From a virus (Duplodnaviria; Heunggongvirae; Uroviricota; Caudoviricetes), in IMG/VR virus record IMGVR_UViG_3300025916_000008, positions 104,845-162,409 of that record: 57,565 nt of DNA; one strand, 5' to 3'. A program made the position numbers and the translations under genes. This document shows, one piece after another, positions 8,717 through 18,444 of the stretch. How positions within the stretch are numbered: position 1 is the stretch's first letter; every line of letters starts with the position of its first letter. Below the pieces are notes generated by a model that did not search any database, was not told the origin of the DNA, and saw only the letters and a program-made list of their open reading frames with translations.

Positions 8717-9415
8717 TTACTTAGGCCAGGTGCTCTCCATGAACCTCTGCATCCCGGCCAGGGTCCTGACCACCCCGTCCGCCTTACGCGACAGCGCGCT
8801 CTGGAAGAGCGCGAAGTACCGCTCCTGGGCGGCGTTCTTCTGGCTGTAGTGCGTCCGGTCCTCGATCGTCGGCTTGCCGCTCACCACGTGGTCCGGCAGC
8901 GCGGTGTACCCCCGGGAGAAGACCTCCTCCCACTCGCCCTTGGCGTACATCGCCTCCGCCCAGATGTTCGCCTTGACGATCTCGAACTCCAGCATGTGCG
9001 AGTGGATCAGGCCGATCAGGCGCAGCCGGTCGGTGTCGGACAGCAGCTCCCACTGCTCGACGGGGATTCCGTACTCGTCCTTCTCCCACTGCGGGGTCCC
9101 GTCCTCGTAGGTGAGGACCTCCCCGAAGCGGTCTGTCGCCGGGACGCGGACGTGCCTGCGGACGCGCTCGATGATGGCGAAGGCAACGCCGAGGCGGCTG
9201 CGGATGATCTTGTCCGACAGCCCCTCCAGCTCCATGACCATCCGGGCGTCGTCGCCGGCCCAGCCGGTCCGCATCCGGGAGAAGCCCGTCGTCCTCATCG
9301 CCGTGGTCCGGTCCGGGTGCGGGTCGGACGTCATCGGCTCCTCGGCGGTGGCGTCCTCGGCCGGGACGTCCGACTCCGCCAGGACCCGATCTATCTGCTG
9401 CTGCGCGTCGCTCAT
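8717..9415 (-). CDS. Hypothetical phage protein
   Basis: ATGA overlap with the RuvC-like gene; typical codon bias. Confidence 0.7.
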   Translation of the reverse strand: MSDAQQQIDRVLAESDVPAEDATAEEPMTSDPHPDRTTAMRTTGFSRMRTGWAGDDARMVMELEGLSDKIIRSRLGVAFAIIERVRRHVRVPATDRFGEVLTYEDGTPQWEKDEYGIPVEQWELLSDTDRLRLIGLIHSHMLEFEIVKANIWAEAMYAKGEWEEVFSRGYTALPDHVVSGKPTIEDRTHYSQKNAAQERYFALFQSALSRKADGVVRTLAGMQRFMESTWPK

Positions 9416-10020
9416 GCTGCCGCCTTCCTCAGGTCATAAAGCCTAGTGAGACCCACTGACAGTCCGTCTCTCTGGTGCTCGTCCCAGCCGCGCGAGGCAG
9501 CATCGGGGACGTGGCGGAGCACCGCCGCCTTGATCGCCGGCTTGCGCTCGGCGCTGAGAATCCTCGGCCTGCCCAGCAGGACCGCCGACACATGGGTGGG
9601 CACGATCACCGCGCACGCATCGCACTCGGACCACACGACTGCGCCGGCGATAAGCGAGGACTCCTTGCGGTGACCGCCTCCCACGGGGGGAGCCTCCACC
9701 GCCTTCAGGATGCCCGGGTCGCTCATCCACCGGATCAGGTCCGGGTGGTCCCACAGGGAGTCCCGGAGGTCCTTCATCCGCTGCCAGGTGCCCATGTACC
9801 CGTCGTCCGACTGGCGCGGGTGGATGGTCCCGTGGTCCTCCACCTCCACGCGGCTCGTCACCTGGAAGAGCACCCAGCCGACGTTGGCCAGGGAGGCGTC
9901 CCAGGAGAGCATGCGCAGGCCCGGCATGAAGTCGGTGACGGCGGGCGGGTGCCACGGCGGCTTCGCCGGGGCGGCGCGGCGCGCCCTGAGCTGGCCGCGC
10001 ATGTCTTCGAGGGCCTTCAT
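9412..10020 (-). CDS. ruvC: RuvC-like Holliday junction resolvase
   Basis: MLSWDASLANVGW (D), KAVEAP (E), DEHQRDGL (D..D); start ATG 10020 overlaps the upstream TGA. Confidence 0.75.
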   Translation of the reverse strand: MKALEDMRGQLRARRAAPAKPPWHPPAVTDFMPGLRMLSWDASLANVGWVLFQVTSRVEVEDHGTIHPRQSDDGYMGTWQRMKDLRDSLWDHPDLIRWMSDPGILKAVEAPPVGGGHRKESSLIAGAVVWSECDACAVIVPTHVSAVLLGRPRILSAERKPAIKAAVLRHVPDAASRGWDEHQRDGLSVGLTRLYDLRKAAA

Positions 10021-10814
10021 GCGAGGATCGGCACCCCCCGCTCCAGGTGCGAGATGACCGCCAGGTACTTCTCCTCGGTCGCCGTGGCGAACGCCGGGTC
10101 GAAGTCCAGGTGGAACTCCCGGGTCTCCCACGGCGAGCCCATGGTCATGAACAGGAAGATGTACTTCCGCAGGCCGCTCAGCCTCATGCACTCCTGGCCC
10201 TGAGCCCAGTACTTGGGCCACTTCTCCCGGAACTGGGCGGTGTCCATGTCCCGGACGCCCTTCAGCCCGAACGGGTAGATCGTCTTGAAGTCGAAGCCGT
10301 AGACGTCATCTCCCGCCAGGGACCAGGCGGCGCGGGTGTCGCCGAAGTTGAGGATGGCGTCCAGGTGCGCCGAGGAGCGCGTCGCCGGGTGGGCGAAGCC
10401 GAACTCGGTGCAGTACCGGAACCCCGGCCGGGCGCGCAGCGGGCGGTACGGACGGCCGCAGCTCGGGCAGTCGCCCTGGGGCAGCGGGACGGCCCGCCCG
10501 GTCCAGGCGAGGAACGCCTCGATGATGGCGTGGAACAGGGACCCGGCCATCACCGCCATGCGGACGTTGTAGGCCGACTCGTCGAAGTCGTCGCCGGCGG
10601 CGAGACCCCCGGTCAGCCACTGGTACAGCTCGTGCTCGGTCATGAGCGGGTGCTGGCTGGCGTGGAACCGCCCGTCGGGCCGACGTGGCATCGGCCGCTG
10701 CACCAGCAGGTTGAGCGGCACGTCGGCCCTCGGGTCCATGACGAACTGGTGCAGCAGCGGCTTCACCAGCGTCCCGCTCGCCGACACCTGGGCGAGCCTG
10801 GTCAGCTTAGGCAC
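10017..10814 (-). CDS. PD-(D/E)XK Cas4/RecB-like exonuclease
   Basis: FHASQ, GSLFHAIIE, HLDAIL, FDFKT, YWAQGQECM motifs. Confidence 0.75.
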   Translation of the reverse strand: MPKLTRLAQVSASGTLVKPLLHQFVMDPRADVPLNLLVQRPMPRRPDGRFHASQHPLMTEHELYQWLTGGLAAGDDFDESAYNVRMAVMAGSLFHAIIEAFLAWTGRAVPLPQGDCPSCGRPYRPLRARPGFRYCTEFGFAHPATRSSAHLDAILNFGDTRAAWSLAGDDVYGFDFKTIYPFGLKGVRDMDTAQFREKWPKYWAQGQECMRLSGLRKYIFLFMTMGSPWETREFHLDFDPAFATATEEKYLAVISHLERGVPILA

Positions 10815-11716
10815 TAGCCGACCTCGATCTCCGGCTTGGCCTTGCAGACGCGCACCAGAAGGGTCCCGGTGCGGTCGTACAGGTCGCAGCCGGCCGCGAT
10901 CACGTCGTCGAGGAACAGCTTCGGCCGGTTGTCCATGCTGCGGTCCACGTGGCAGGTGTGGATGTCCCAGTGGGTCCGGCTGCCGTCGGCCGCGTAGTCG
11001 TACGCCACCCCGATGACCTCGCGCGGGTCGGCCTGCCGGGCGGCGTTGCGGAACTCGGTGGTGCCCTTGCGCGGGCCGTCGGGGAACAGGACGGCCACCG
11101 TCCAGGGGAGCATCGGCAGCGGGTGACCCGCCTGGCCGGGGTCGGCCTGCTGCCGGGCTCGCAGCAGCTCCAGCTCCGTCGCCTGCTCGGCTATCCGCTC
11201 GCCTGCGCGGAGGAGGGAATCGTGGGCGTCGGCCAGGGCCTTGCGGAGGCTCACCGCCTCATCGGCGCGCCGCACGAGCTGCTCCAGGGAGGCGGGGACG
11301 GGCACGGGGACAGCGCCCGGCTCTCCCGAGATGATCATCGGCGGGTTCGCCTCGTGCTCGGCCCACCTGCGAGCTGAGAAGAGTAGCTCGCCCAGGAAGT
11401 CCAGCGGGACCGCCGCCCAGTCTTCCAGGACGACGGTCAGGTCGTCGGTGCCGTACCAGCGCAGCGGCAGGACGGGGGTCTCGCCGAGGGCCTGCTCGCG
11501 CAGCTTGGCGATCATGTCCAGGGTCTCGGTGAGGGACTTGCCGCGCGTCGACTTGCACTCGATGGCGATCGGGTAGGGGATGTCATGGGCGGAGCGGCCG
11601 TCGGCCGGGTTCTGCCACTTGCTGCCGCTCGCCGCCGACGGCGTGATCCCCAGGACCTCCGCCACGTGCTCGACGTGGCGGCGGCCCATCTCGGTGGTGC
11701 TCGGGTTAGCCGGCAT
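10814..11716 (-). CDS. PD-(D/E)XK nuclease (Hjc-type resolvase-like) with C-terminal coiled-coil extension
   Basis: ASGSKWQNPADG..IAIECKST..PVLPLRW in the N-terminal ~110 aa. Confidence 0.6.
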   Translation of the reverse strand: MPANPSTTEMGRRHVEHVAEVLGITPSAASGSKWQNPADGRSAHDIPYPIAIECKSTRGKSLTETLDMIAKLREQALGETPVLPLRWYGTDDLTVVLEDWAAVPLDFLGELLFSARRWAEHEANPPMIISGEPGAVPVPVPASLEQLVRRADEAVSLRKALADAHDSLLRAGERIAEQATELELLRARQQADPGQAGHPLPMLPWTVAVLFPDGPRKGTTEFRNAARQADPREVIGVAYDYAADGSRTHWDIHTCHVDRSMDNRPKLFLDDVIAAGCDLYDRTGTLLVRVCKAKPEIEVG

Positions 11717-12806
11717 CGTCGGCTCCTTCCAGGTCGTCGACCGGGGCGTCGAAGTCGAGCGCCTCCCGGATCTGGTTCATGACGTCCGGGTGCTCCCGGA
11801 GGTAGGCCGCGCCCTTGTCGCGGCCGTTGGCCCGTCCCCCGTCCGGGAACGTGTACCAGGCACCGCCCAGCTTGATCACTCCCTGGGCCGCGCCCATCGT
11901 CAGGTGCTCGTCGGAGGAGTCGATCCCGGGCGGCCCGTACTGGGAGGTGCCGACCTTGTTGATGAAGAACTGGGCCGACCGTCCCGGCAGGCCGTTCTTC
12001 ATCCGGGTGACTCGGGCGACGTGGCGCTGGCTGACTATCGACGGCTTCTCGTCGCCGGGCAGCTTCAGGGTGCGCTTGTCCCCGTCCTCTCCGCGCATCG
12101 ACATCTCGACCTTCGCGGTGGTGCTGTACTGCATCGCCATCGGCCCGGCTGACTGCGGGCCGCCGTACTGCGAGAAGTTGGCCCGCTGCTGGTTGACCAG
12201 CAGCACGATGCACCTGTGCAGCCGCGCCAGGGTCGACAGGTGCTTGGTCATCTTGGTGATGACCTGCGCGTTCTTGCCCATCGTGTCATCTGAGGCGCTC
12301 TTCTCCAGCACCTTCCAGGACTCCATGCCGCCTACCGAGTCAACGACGAGGATGCCGTAGAAGCCGCTGGCGCAGTAGTCGCGCGCCATGTCGCTGGCCT
12401 CCTCGGTGCTGGCCGGCAGCAGGGGAGCCCACCGGCCGCTCTTGATCGCCTCGTCCGAGCAGTCCAGGCCCATCTCGGTGGCCCGCGCCGGGTCGAAGGT
12501 GTTCTCGATGTTGACGTAGGCGGCACCCCGGTCGGGGAACAGGTTCAGGAAGCTGATGATCGAGCCGATCACCAGGCTGGACTTCCCGGAGTCCTTCGGC
12601 CCGATGATTTCGTAGACCCGGCCTTCCTGCCAGCCGCCGACCCGCAGCGCCTTGTCCAGGTTGATGGAGCAGGTGGGGACGATGACGGGGGGCGGGCCGT
12701 TGGCGATCCGGTGGCCGCCGTACCTGGAGTGCATCTGCGCGGAGAAGGCGGCCAGGGAGGCTGCCTTCGAGGTACCGATCGACGGGGACTTCGGGGGCAC
12801 GGTCAT
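11706..12806 (-). CDS. recA: RecA-like recombinase
   Basis: SINLDKALRVGG, EIIGPKDSGKS, ILVVDSVG, LLVNQQR; real start ATG 12806 overlaps the dnaE TGA (the track's 813-aa version has a shadow extension). Confidence 0.92.
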   Translation of the reverse strand: MTVPPKSPSIGTSKAASLAAFSAQMHSRYGGHRIANGPPPVIVPTCSINLDKALRVGGWQEGRVYEIIGPKDSGKSSLVIGSIISFLNLFPDRGAAYVNIENTFDPARATEMGLDCSDEAIKSGRWAPLLPASTEEASDMARDYCASGFYGILVVDSVGGMESWKVLEKSASDDTMGKNAQVITKMTKHLSTLARLHRCIVLLVNQQRANFSQYGGPQSAGPMAMQYSTTAKVEMSMRGEDGDKRTLKLPGDEKPSIVSQRHVARVTRMKNGLPGRSAQFFINKVGTSQYGPPGIDSSDEHLTMGAAQGVIKLGGAWYTFPDGGRANGRDKGAAYLREHPDVMNQIREALDFDAPVDDLEGADDAG

Positions 12807-15800
12807 CCTCCCAGGGGGTAGATAGCGGTCAGGTTCCACCCCATGCGGTGGCTGCCGTTGCTGAGGTAGGCGCGCTTGCGGACCTCGGCCTGCACCAGGG
12901 TGCCGGGCCGGATGCCGCGCAGCATCGAGGGGACGTCCAGGTCGGTGTCGCGGCGGGGGGAGAAGCACGCCAGGTCGAGCACGCTGACCTCGGTGAGCAG
13001 CTTCACCCACCACATCACGGAGCCCTTCCTGGTCATCGCCATGTGCGCGTCGGCGAGCACGGCGGCGGCCGGGTAGGTGCCCGACGGGGCGGTCACCAGG
13101 GACCGGGCCATCTCCCTGGCCTGCTCCCGCAGCCCCTCGTGCAGGATGTCGAGCTGGTCGAACACCGCGCTGGACATCCAGGTTCCGTAGGCGGCCAGGT
13201 CGGAGCGGAACAGCTCCGGCGGGGTGTACTCGCCCCAGGCGGCCATCCCGGGCACCGACGGCGGCGTGTACCGGCGGCAGCCACGGAAGCACTTGGAGGA
13301 CGGGGCCTTCGGGACGAACTTCAGCGGCTTGCGCCCCTCGGCGAGCCGGGGGGCCATCAGCTCGTCGTACGCGGCCCTCTGCTCCGCGAGGTCCTGCTCC
13401 CAGTCGAGGCTGCACGGGAGCCCGCCAGGCCCGGAGGGATCGTCGACCTTGTGCACGCACCGGACCAGTGAGCCGTCCCGGTCGGCCTCGATCAGCCGGA
13501 CCAGTCCCTTGCGGGTCGGCACCAGGCCGTCCAGCGCCCCTGCCCTCGCCAGCGCGTACAAAACCCCGGCGTCGACCTCGGAGCGGGCTACGAAGTCCTC
13601 GTAGGAGCTGTACGGCTGGGCGCTGACGATCTTCCGCACTGCCGCCGCGCCGACGGTGGGGATCGCCAGCAGTCCGTACCGCAGGGTGATCCCGTGGCAG
13701 GTGAACCCGCCCTGGCAGTAGCTCACGTCCGGCGGCAGCACCGTCAGGCCGACGCGGCGCGCCTCCATGACGAACTCGGGCAGCCGGTCGGTGCCCTCCT
13801 CCTGCCCTGCCTTCTTCGACTTCTTCTTCACCGTGGACATCACGGCGCAGAGGAACTCGGCCGGGTAGTGCTCCTTCAGCCAGGCGGTCCAGTAGGACAG
13901 CACCCCGTAACTGAAGCCGTGGGCCTTGTTGAAGGCGTAGCGGCCGAACTCGGCCATCGCCTCCCACATCTTGCTGACCACCTGCTCGTCGTGGCCGCGC
14001 TCCACCGAGCGGCGGACGAACTCCTCCCCGGCCGCGTCGATCTTGTCGACCAGCTTCTTGCCGAGGATCTTCCGCACCCCGTCGGCCTCCAGGTCGCTGT
14101 ACCCGGCCACGATCTTGCAGGCCCGCATGACGTCCTCCTGGTAGCACATGACGCCGTAGGAGCTGCTGAGCATGTCCTCCAGGAGGGGGTGCGGGTAGTC
14201 CACCGGCTCGCGCCCGGCGCGGCGCGCCAGGTAGCGCTCGGCCGCCCCCGAGTTACGGGGACCGGGGCGGATGATCGTGGTGAGGTCAGCAAGGTGGGCG
14301 AGGGTGCGCGGCTTCATCCTCCTGGCGAAGTCAGAGCACAGGGGCGTCTCGATCTGGAACATGCCGAGGGTGCGCCCGGTGTCGATCGCGTCGTAGACCT
14401 GCGGGTCGAGGTGCTCGGCGTCCCAGGAGCGCGGGTCGAGCTGGATGCCGGTGCGCTCGCGGACCAGCTCGATCGCCATGGAGATCGTGTCCAGGGTCCG
14501 GAGGGTAAGGATGTCGAGCTTGAGGAGGTTGAGGTCCTCGGCCGCTCTGTAGTCCCACTGGCTGACCAGGAGGGTGTCGCCTGGCTTGGCGTGCCGCATC
14601 GGCATGGTGCCGGTGAGGGATCGGCCGGGGGAGATGATCAGGCCGGCGGGGTGCTGCCCCTGGGCGTACACCCGGTTGCAGAGCACCCCGGCGTCCCTGA
14701 ACAGCTCCGGGTAGCGCTCCAGGTACTCCGCCATGTCCGGGCTCTCCATGTGCTCGGACCAGGAGAGGCCGAGCCCGGCGGTACCCGCCTCGGCCTCGTC
14801 GATGATCTTGGCGACCCTCTTGGCGTCGGCGATCACGTCGCTGCCGTACCTGTCCTCGTACACCGAGGCGAGCTTGTTGACGATCCCCTTTGCCTGGTAC
14901 CGCATGATCGTGCCGACCCGGACCACGTGGTCGGCCCCGTAGCGCTGCACCGCGTAATCCTGGATGGGGGTGCGGGCGCTGGTGGGGAAGTCCAGGTCGA
15001 AGTCGGGCAGCGCCATCCGGCCGGGGGTGAGGAACCGCTCGAACAGCAGCCCCGCCTTGATCGGGTCGACCGAGGTGATCCCGAGCACGTAGCTCATGAG
15101 GGAGCCGGCGGCCGACCCCCGGCCGGGGCCGACAAGGAAGCCCTGCTCACGGGCGAAGCGGATGATGTCCTCGACGATCAGGTAACAGCCCGCCAGGCCC
15201 TTCTGCGCGACCACCTCGAACTCGTACTCGTCACGCTCCCGGTACTCCCGGCCGAGGCCCTCCACCAGGCTCCAGCGGGACTCGATCATGGCCCGCAGCG
15301 CGCGGGCGTCGTCGGCGGCGGTGCCGCCGGGGGTAAACACCGGCAGCTCGGCGTGGCCGCCGATCCGGGCGTCGCAGCGGGCGGCGATCTCCCCGGTGTT
15401 CCAGATGGCCCGGTCGACGACCCCCGGGTCCAGCCCGTGCGACAACAGGCTCTCCCGCAGCGCCTTCTCGGTCAGCATGGGGGAGAAGTTCCAGTAGTCT
15501 TCCTTCCCCTTGCCGCTCTGGCACGCCATCCAGGTCTTGTGCAGCGCGGTCTCCGCCTCGCTCGGGTAGTGCGCGTCGCAGGTGGCGACCAGCGGGATGC
15601 CCATGAAGCCGGAGGCCTCGGCGAGCGCCCGGTTGTAGACCGCCTGGAGGGGGATGTCGTTGCCTTGCATCTCCAGGAACAGCCGGTCGCCGAAGATTGA
15701 CTTCAGCCGGTCGAGCTTGAGCAGCAGCCGCTCCATCGCGGCGTTGTCGCGCCCCGCGTCCAGCAGGTCGTCGGCGATGATCCCGCCCAGGCAGGCGGTG

Positions 15801-16219
15801 GTGCAGATCAGGTCGGACCCGTACTCCTCCAGCACCGCCCAGTCCATCCGGGGGCGGCCGTAGAAGCCGGAGACGTACGCCTCGGTGGATGCCGCCCACA
15901 GGTCGCGCAGGCCCCTGTCAGACTGCGCGAGCAGGATCAGGTGGTCGCCGTTGACGAGGCGCTTCTGCGCCTCCTTGTCGCCCTCTGCGGGCCGCAGGAG
16001 GCGGTCCGGGCGGAAGTACGCCTCGATGCCGAGGACGGGGTTGAGCCCGGCGGCGAGCGCCTCGCGCTGGAACTCGACGTGGCCGAAGCAGCCGCCGTGA
16101 TCGGTGACGGCCAGCGCGGTGCTGCCGTTGGCAGCCGCCCTGCGGACTGCCTCACGGCAGGTAGACAGCCCGTCAAGGGTGCTGTACTCGGTGTGGACGT
16201 GCAGGTCGGCGAAGGACAT
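12803..16219 (-). CDS. dnaE: DNA polymerase III alpha subunit (DnaE type, with PHP domain)
   Basis: HVHTEYSTLDG, GRGSAAGS, PDFDLDF, KLDIL, YAFNKAH; SD GGAGGGG before ATG 16219. Confidence 0.95.
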   Translation of the reverse strand: MSFADLHVHTEYSTLDGLSTCREAVRRAAANGSTALAVTDHGGCFGHVEFQREALAAGLNPVLGIEAYFRPDRLLRPAEGDKEAQKRLVNGDHLILLAQSDRGLRDLWAASTEAYVSGFYGRPRMDWAVLEEYGSDLICTTACLGGIIADDLLDAGRDNAAMERLLLKLDRLKSIFGDRLFLEMQGNDIPLQAVYNRALAEASGFMGIPLVATCDAHYPSEAETALHKTWMACQSGKGKEDYWNFSPMLTEKALRESLLSHGLDPGVVDRAIWNTGEIAARCDARIGGHAELPVFTPGGTAADDARALRAMIESRWSLVEGLGREYRERDEYEFEVVAQKGLAGCYLIVEDIIRFAREQGFLVGPGRGSAAGSLMSYVLGITSVDPIKAGLLFERFLTPGRMALPDFDLDFPTSARTPIQDYAVQRYGADHVVRVGTIMRYQAKGIVNKLASVYEDRYGSDVIADAKRVAKIIDEAEAGTAGLGLSWSEHMESPDMAEYLERYPELFRDAGVLCNRVYAQGQHPAGLIISPGRSLTGTMPMRHAKPGDTLLVSQWDYRAAEDLNLLKLDILTLRTLDTISMAIELVRERTGIQLDPRSWDAEHLDPQVYDAIDTGRTLGMFQIETPLCSDFARRMKPRTLAHLADLTTIIRPGPRNSGAAERYLARRAGREPVDYPHPLLEDMLSSSYGVMCYQEDVMRACKIVAGYSDLEADGVRKILGKKLVDKIDAAGEEFVRRSVERGHDEQVVSKMWEAMAEFGRYAFNKAHGFSYGVLSYWTAWLKEHYPAEFLCAVMSTVKKKSKKAGQEEGTDRLPEFVMEARRVGLTVLPPDVSYCQGGFTCHGITLRYGLLAIPTVGAAAVRKIVSAQPYSSYEDFVARSEVDAGVLYALARAGALDGLVPTRKGLVRLIEADRDGSLVRCVHKVDDPSGPGGLPCSLDWEQDLAEQRAAYDELMAPRLAEGRKPLKFVPKAPSSKCFRGCRRYTPPSVPGMAAWGEYTPPELFRSDLAAYGTWMSSAVFDQLDILHEGLREQAREMARSLVTAPSGTYPAAAVLADAHMAMTRKGSVMWWVKLLTEVSVLDLACFSPRRDTDLDVPSMLRGIRPGTLVQAEVRKRAYLSNGSHRMGWNLTAIYPLGG

Positions 16220-16238
16220 CGCCCCTCCGGGACTGCGA

Positions 16239-16275
16239 TGCCCGGCCGCGAGACAGCGTGTCTCGCGGCCGGGCA
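16239..16275 (-). terminator. Perfect 17-bp stem hairpin between the ssb-like gene and dnaE
   Basis: tgcccggccgcgagaca-gcg-tgtctcgcggccgggca. Confidence 0.65.
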
Positions 16276-16285
16276 CCAGGGCGGG

Positions 16286-17233
16286 TCAGGAAGAAGAGGC
16301 TCCGGAGCGGGCCGCCTGGAGGCGGCTGGCGAACTCGTCTACCGCTGCGGGGTCGGGACGGGCCGTGCCGGCGTCGGCTGAGCCGGTGGCCGCGTCGTCG
16401 CCGTCGTCGTGCTCGTCGCCGCCGTAGCCGCCCTCGGGGATCGCGCCCTCGATGAACCAGCGCTTGTACCAGTCGAGGGAGCCCCACTTGATGATCTCCG
16501 CGTCCAGGTCGAACCCGGTGAGTTCGAGGGCGTCGGTGTAGCGCGCCCAGGCGGCGGAGCCGGGGTAGAGCACCGGGTCGGGCTCGTTGACGGCGAACGA
16601 GTAGTCGTTCTCCTTGCGGGTGATCCGCACGTCGCGGGAGGCGAGGGTGCCGCCGTCGAACAGGGCGGCCTCCAGCCCGCTCCAGAAGTTGCGGTGCTTC
16701 TGGGAGATGATGACGAAGCGCGGGATCTTCCTGATGGTCCCGTCTTCCATCTTGAACTCGTCCTCGACGTCCCGGTAGCCACGGACCCTGCCGGTCGCCG
16801 TGTCCGTGACGGGCTCGCGGACGACGGCGAGGGCGAAGGTCTGCCAGTCGGGGAGCGACTTGTCCCTGGCGAACTTGCCGTCCCGCTTCTTGCCCCGGTC
16901 ACGGTTGTGCAGGTAGCAGTCGCCGTAGCCGTCCTCGTAGGCGCTGGTCGGCTCGCCCTGCTCGTCCAGGACGATGAACATCCGGTCGTTCTGGCAGACG
17001 CCGAACATCGCCTTCGGCCAGTTGTCCCCCTTGTACTCCGCCGGCTTCACCTTCGTGTCGGCGAACATGTGCATATCGGCTGAGGGCATCTCGTCGAGAG
17101 AAGTAACGATCCTGACGTACCAGGGACCCTGGCCGTCCTTCATGACGAGCGGCCTGACCCGGTAGAAGGCTGAGGAGCGGTTCTCCTCAGCGACCTGCTC
17201 GGCCTTCTTGACGCCCTTAGTGAGATTTGCCAC
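16286..17233 (-). CDS. Probable ssDNA-binding protein (gp32-like)
   Basis: Located in the replication block; aromatic-rich core and acidic C-terminal tail (DEHDDGDD). Confidence 0.55.
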   Translation of the reverse strand: MANLTKGVKKAEQVAEENRSSAFYRVRPLVMKDGQGPWYVRIVTSLDEMPSADMHMFADTKVKPAEYKGDNWPKAMFGVCQNDRMFIVLDEQGEPTSAYEDGYGDCYLHNRDRGKKRDGKFARDKSLPDWQTFALAVVREPVTDTATGRVRGYRDVEDEFKMEDGTIRKIPRFVIISQKHRNFWSGLEAALFDGGTLASRDVRITRKENDYSFAVNEPDPVLYPGSAAWARYTDALELTGFDLDAEIIKWGSLDWYKRWFIEGAIPEGGYGGDEHDDGDDAATGSADAGTARPDPAAVDEFASRLQAARSGASSS

Positions 17234-18162
17234 TAACTGCCTCTTTCTGAGTTGTGCGTGACTATTCCGAGGGATATGCCCATTTCCACGGCTTCCTGTG
17301 CCTTTTGCGGGCTAGCCCTTTCTCCTGTCACGAAGACGATACAGCCTTCATTGATATCGCGCAACACCATCGGCGATTCCCCGTAGCCCTGCGCCACGGC
17401 GAACCCGGCGGTGACGCCGCGCTCCCGGAGGGCGGCGGCGACCATGCCCTGCCACGCCTCCAGGACGGCCGCGTCGGGCCGCTGGATGCCCTGCGGCCCG
17501 GCGACGGCGTAATGGCCCCACTGCAAGGCCCAGCGCGACGTACGGGCCTGTGCGGGCCGCTCTGCGGGCTCCCCGGCCTCCTCCCCCTCGGGCTCGGGAG
17601 GAGCCGCCTGGAAGCCCATCTCGTTCATCACCTCGTCGGCCGTTATATCCTCCCCCTCCGACATTCGGCGGCCGGCCTCCGCCGCAGCCCTCCGCCGGAT
17701 GGCGGCGGCCACCTCGCGGTCGCGCAGGAACACCCCGCCCAGCGGCGTCATGTCGTAGGCGCGGCGGACCTCCGGGTCACTGAGCTGCGCCACGACGTAC
17801 GTGAGCCGCTCGTCCTGGACCTGGCCGTCGGGACGGGCGCACCTGGCCACGTAGGCGCGGCGGATCTCCCCCTTGGTGGCGCGCCAGTGAACGCCGAGGA
17901 TCAGGTAGTACGCGCACACGTCCCAGGAGAACGGCGGCTGGACCGCGACGGTGCCGCACGAGGACGCCTGGGCGGGCCGGCCATGGGCGAACCGGACGAG
18001 GGTGCCCTCCAGCAGGACGGCCGCCTCGGGGCGGTAGGCCTCGGGCCGGATGTCGGCCGCGCCTGACACCATGACCCCGACGTAGTGCACCAGGTGCGGC
18101 CCGAGGGCGCGGTCCAGGTCAATGTCGCCGTCGGGGTCACGGTAGGCAAACGGCCGGGTCAC
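17233..18162 (-). CDS. DnaJ-like J-domain protein (HPD replaced by RPD)
   Basis: YYLILGV..ATKGEIRRAY..RPD..LSDPEVRRAYD. Confidence 0.75.
   Translation of the reverse strand: MTRPFAYRDPDGDIDLDRALGPHLVHYVGVMVSGAADIRPEAYRPEAAVLLEGTLVRFAHGRPAQASSCGTVAVQPPFSWDVCAYYLILGVHWRATKGEIRRAYVARCARPDGQVQDERLTYVVAQLSDPEVRRAYDMTPLGGVFLRDREVAAAIRRRAAAEAGRRMSEGEDITADEVMNEMGFQAAPPEPEGEEAGEPAERPAQARTSRWALQWGHYAVAGPQGIQRPDAAVLEAWQGMVAAALRERGVTAGFAVAQGYGESPMVLRDINEGCIVFVTGERASPQKAQEAVEMGISLGIVTHNSERGS
17339..17356 (+). promoter_or_regulatory. ATACAG-N6-TTGATA motif, antisense within the J-domain gene
   Basis: Exact match to the recurring motif inside a low-GC patch. Confidence 0.45.
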
Positions 18163-18362
18163 TACTGGTCGGCCGCCTCGTTCTCGTCGGTCAGGGCCTG
18201 CTGATCGCTCATGGTCCAGCCGGCCGGGCCGAAGCCGAAGGACTGCTCGCCCGTCAGCCGGGCGGTGATGACATGGCCGTCCTCGTCGAGCCCGAGAGGG
18301 ACCTCGCCGTCGCGGGCGGTGATCACGTGGCCGGTGACGGCCCCTGTCTTGCGGATGCTCAT
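18162..18362 (-). CDS. Small hypothetical protein with duplicated GHVITAR motif
   Basis: Strong SD AGGAGGT; stop overlaps the next GTG. Confidence 0.65.
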   Translation of the reverse strand: MSIRKTGAVTGHVITARDGEVPLGLDEDGHVITARLTGEQSFGFGPAGWTMSDQQALTDENEAADQ

Positions 18363-18444
18363 GGTCTTACCTCCTGGGGCTCATGGTACGCAGGCACAGC
18401 GGCGCGGCCCCCTGGCGAATCCAGGGAGCCGAGAACCGCTCGGA

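Noticed and set aside
11706-14147. 813-aa RecA with long N-terminal extension
   Set aside because: The extension is an alternate frame overlapping dnaE; RecA starts at ATG 12806, overlapping the dnaE stop.
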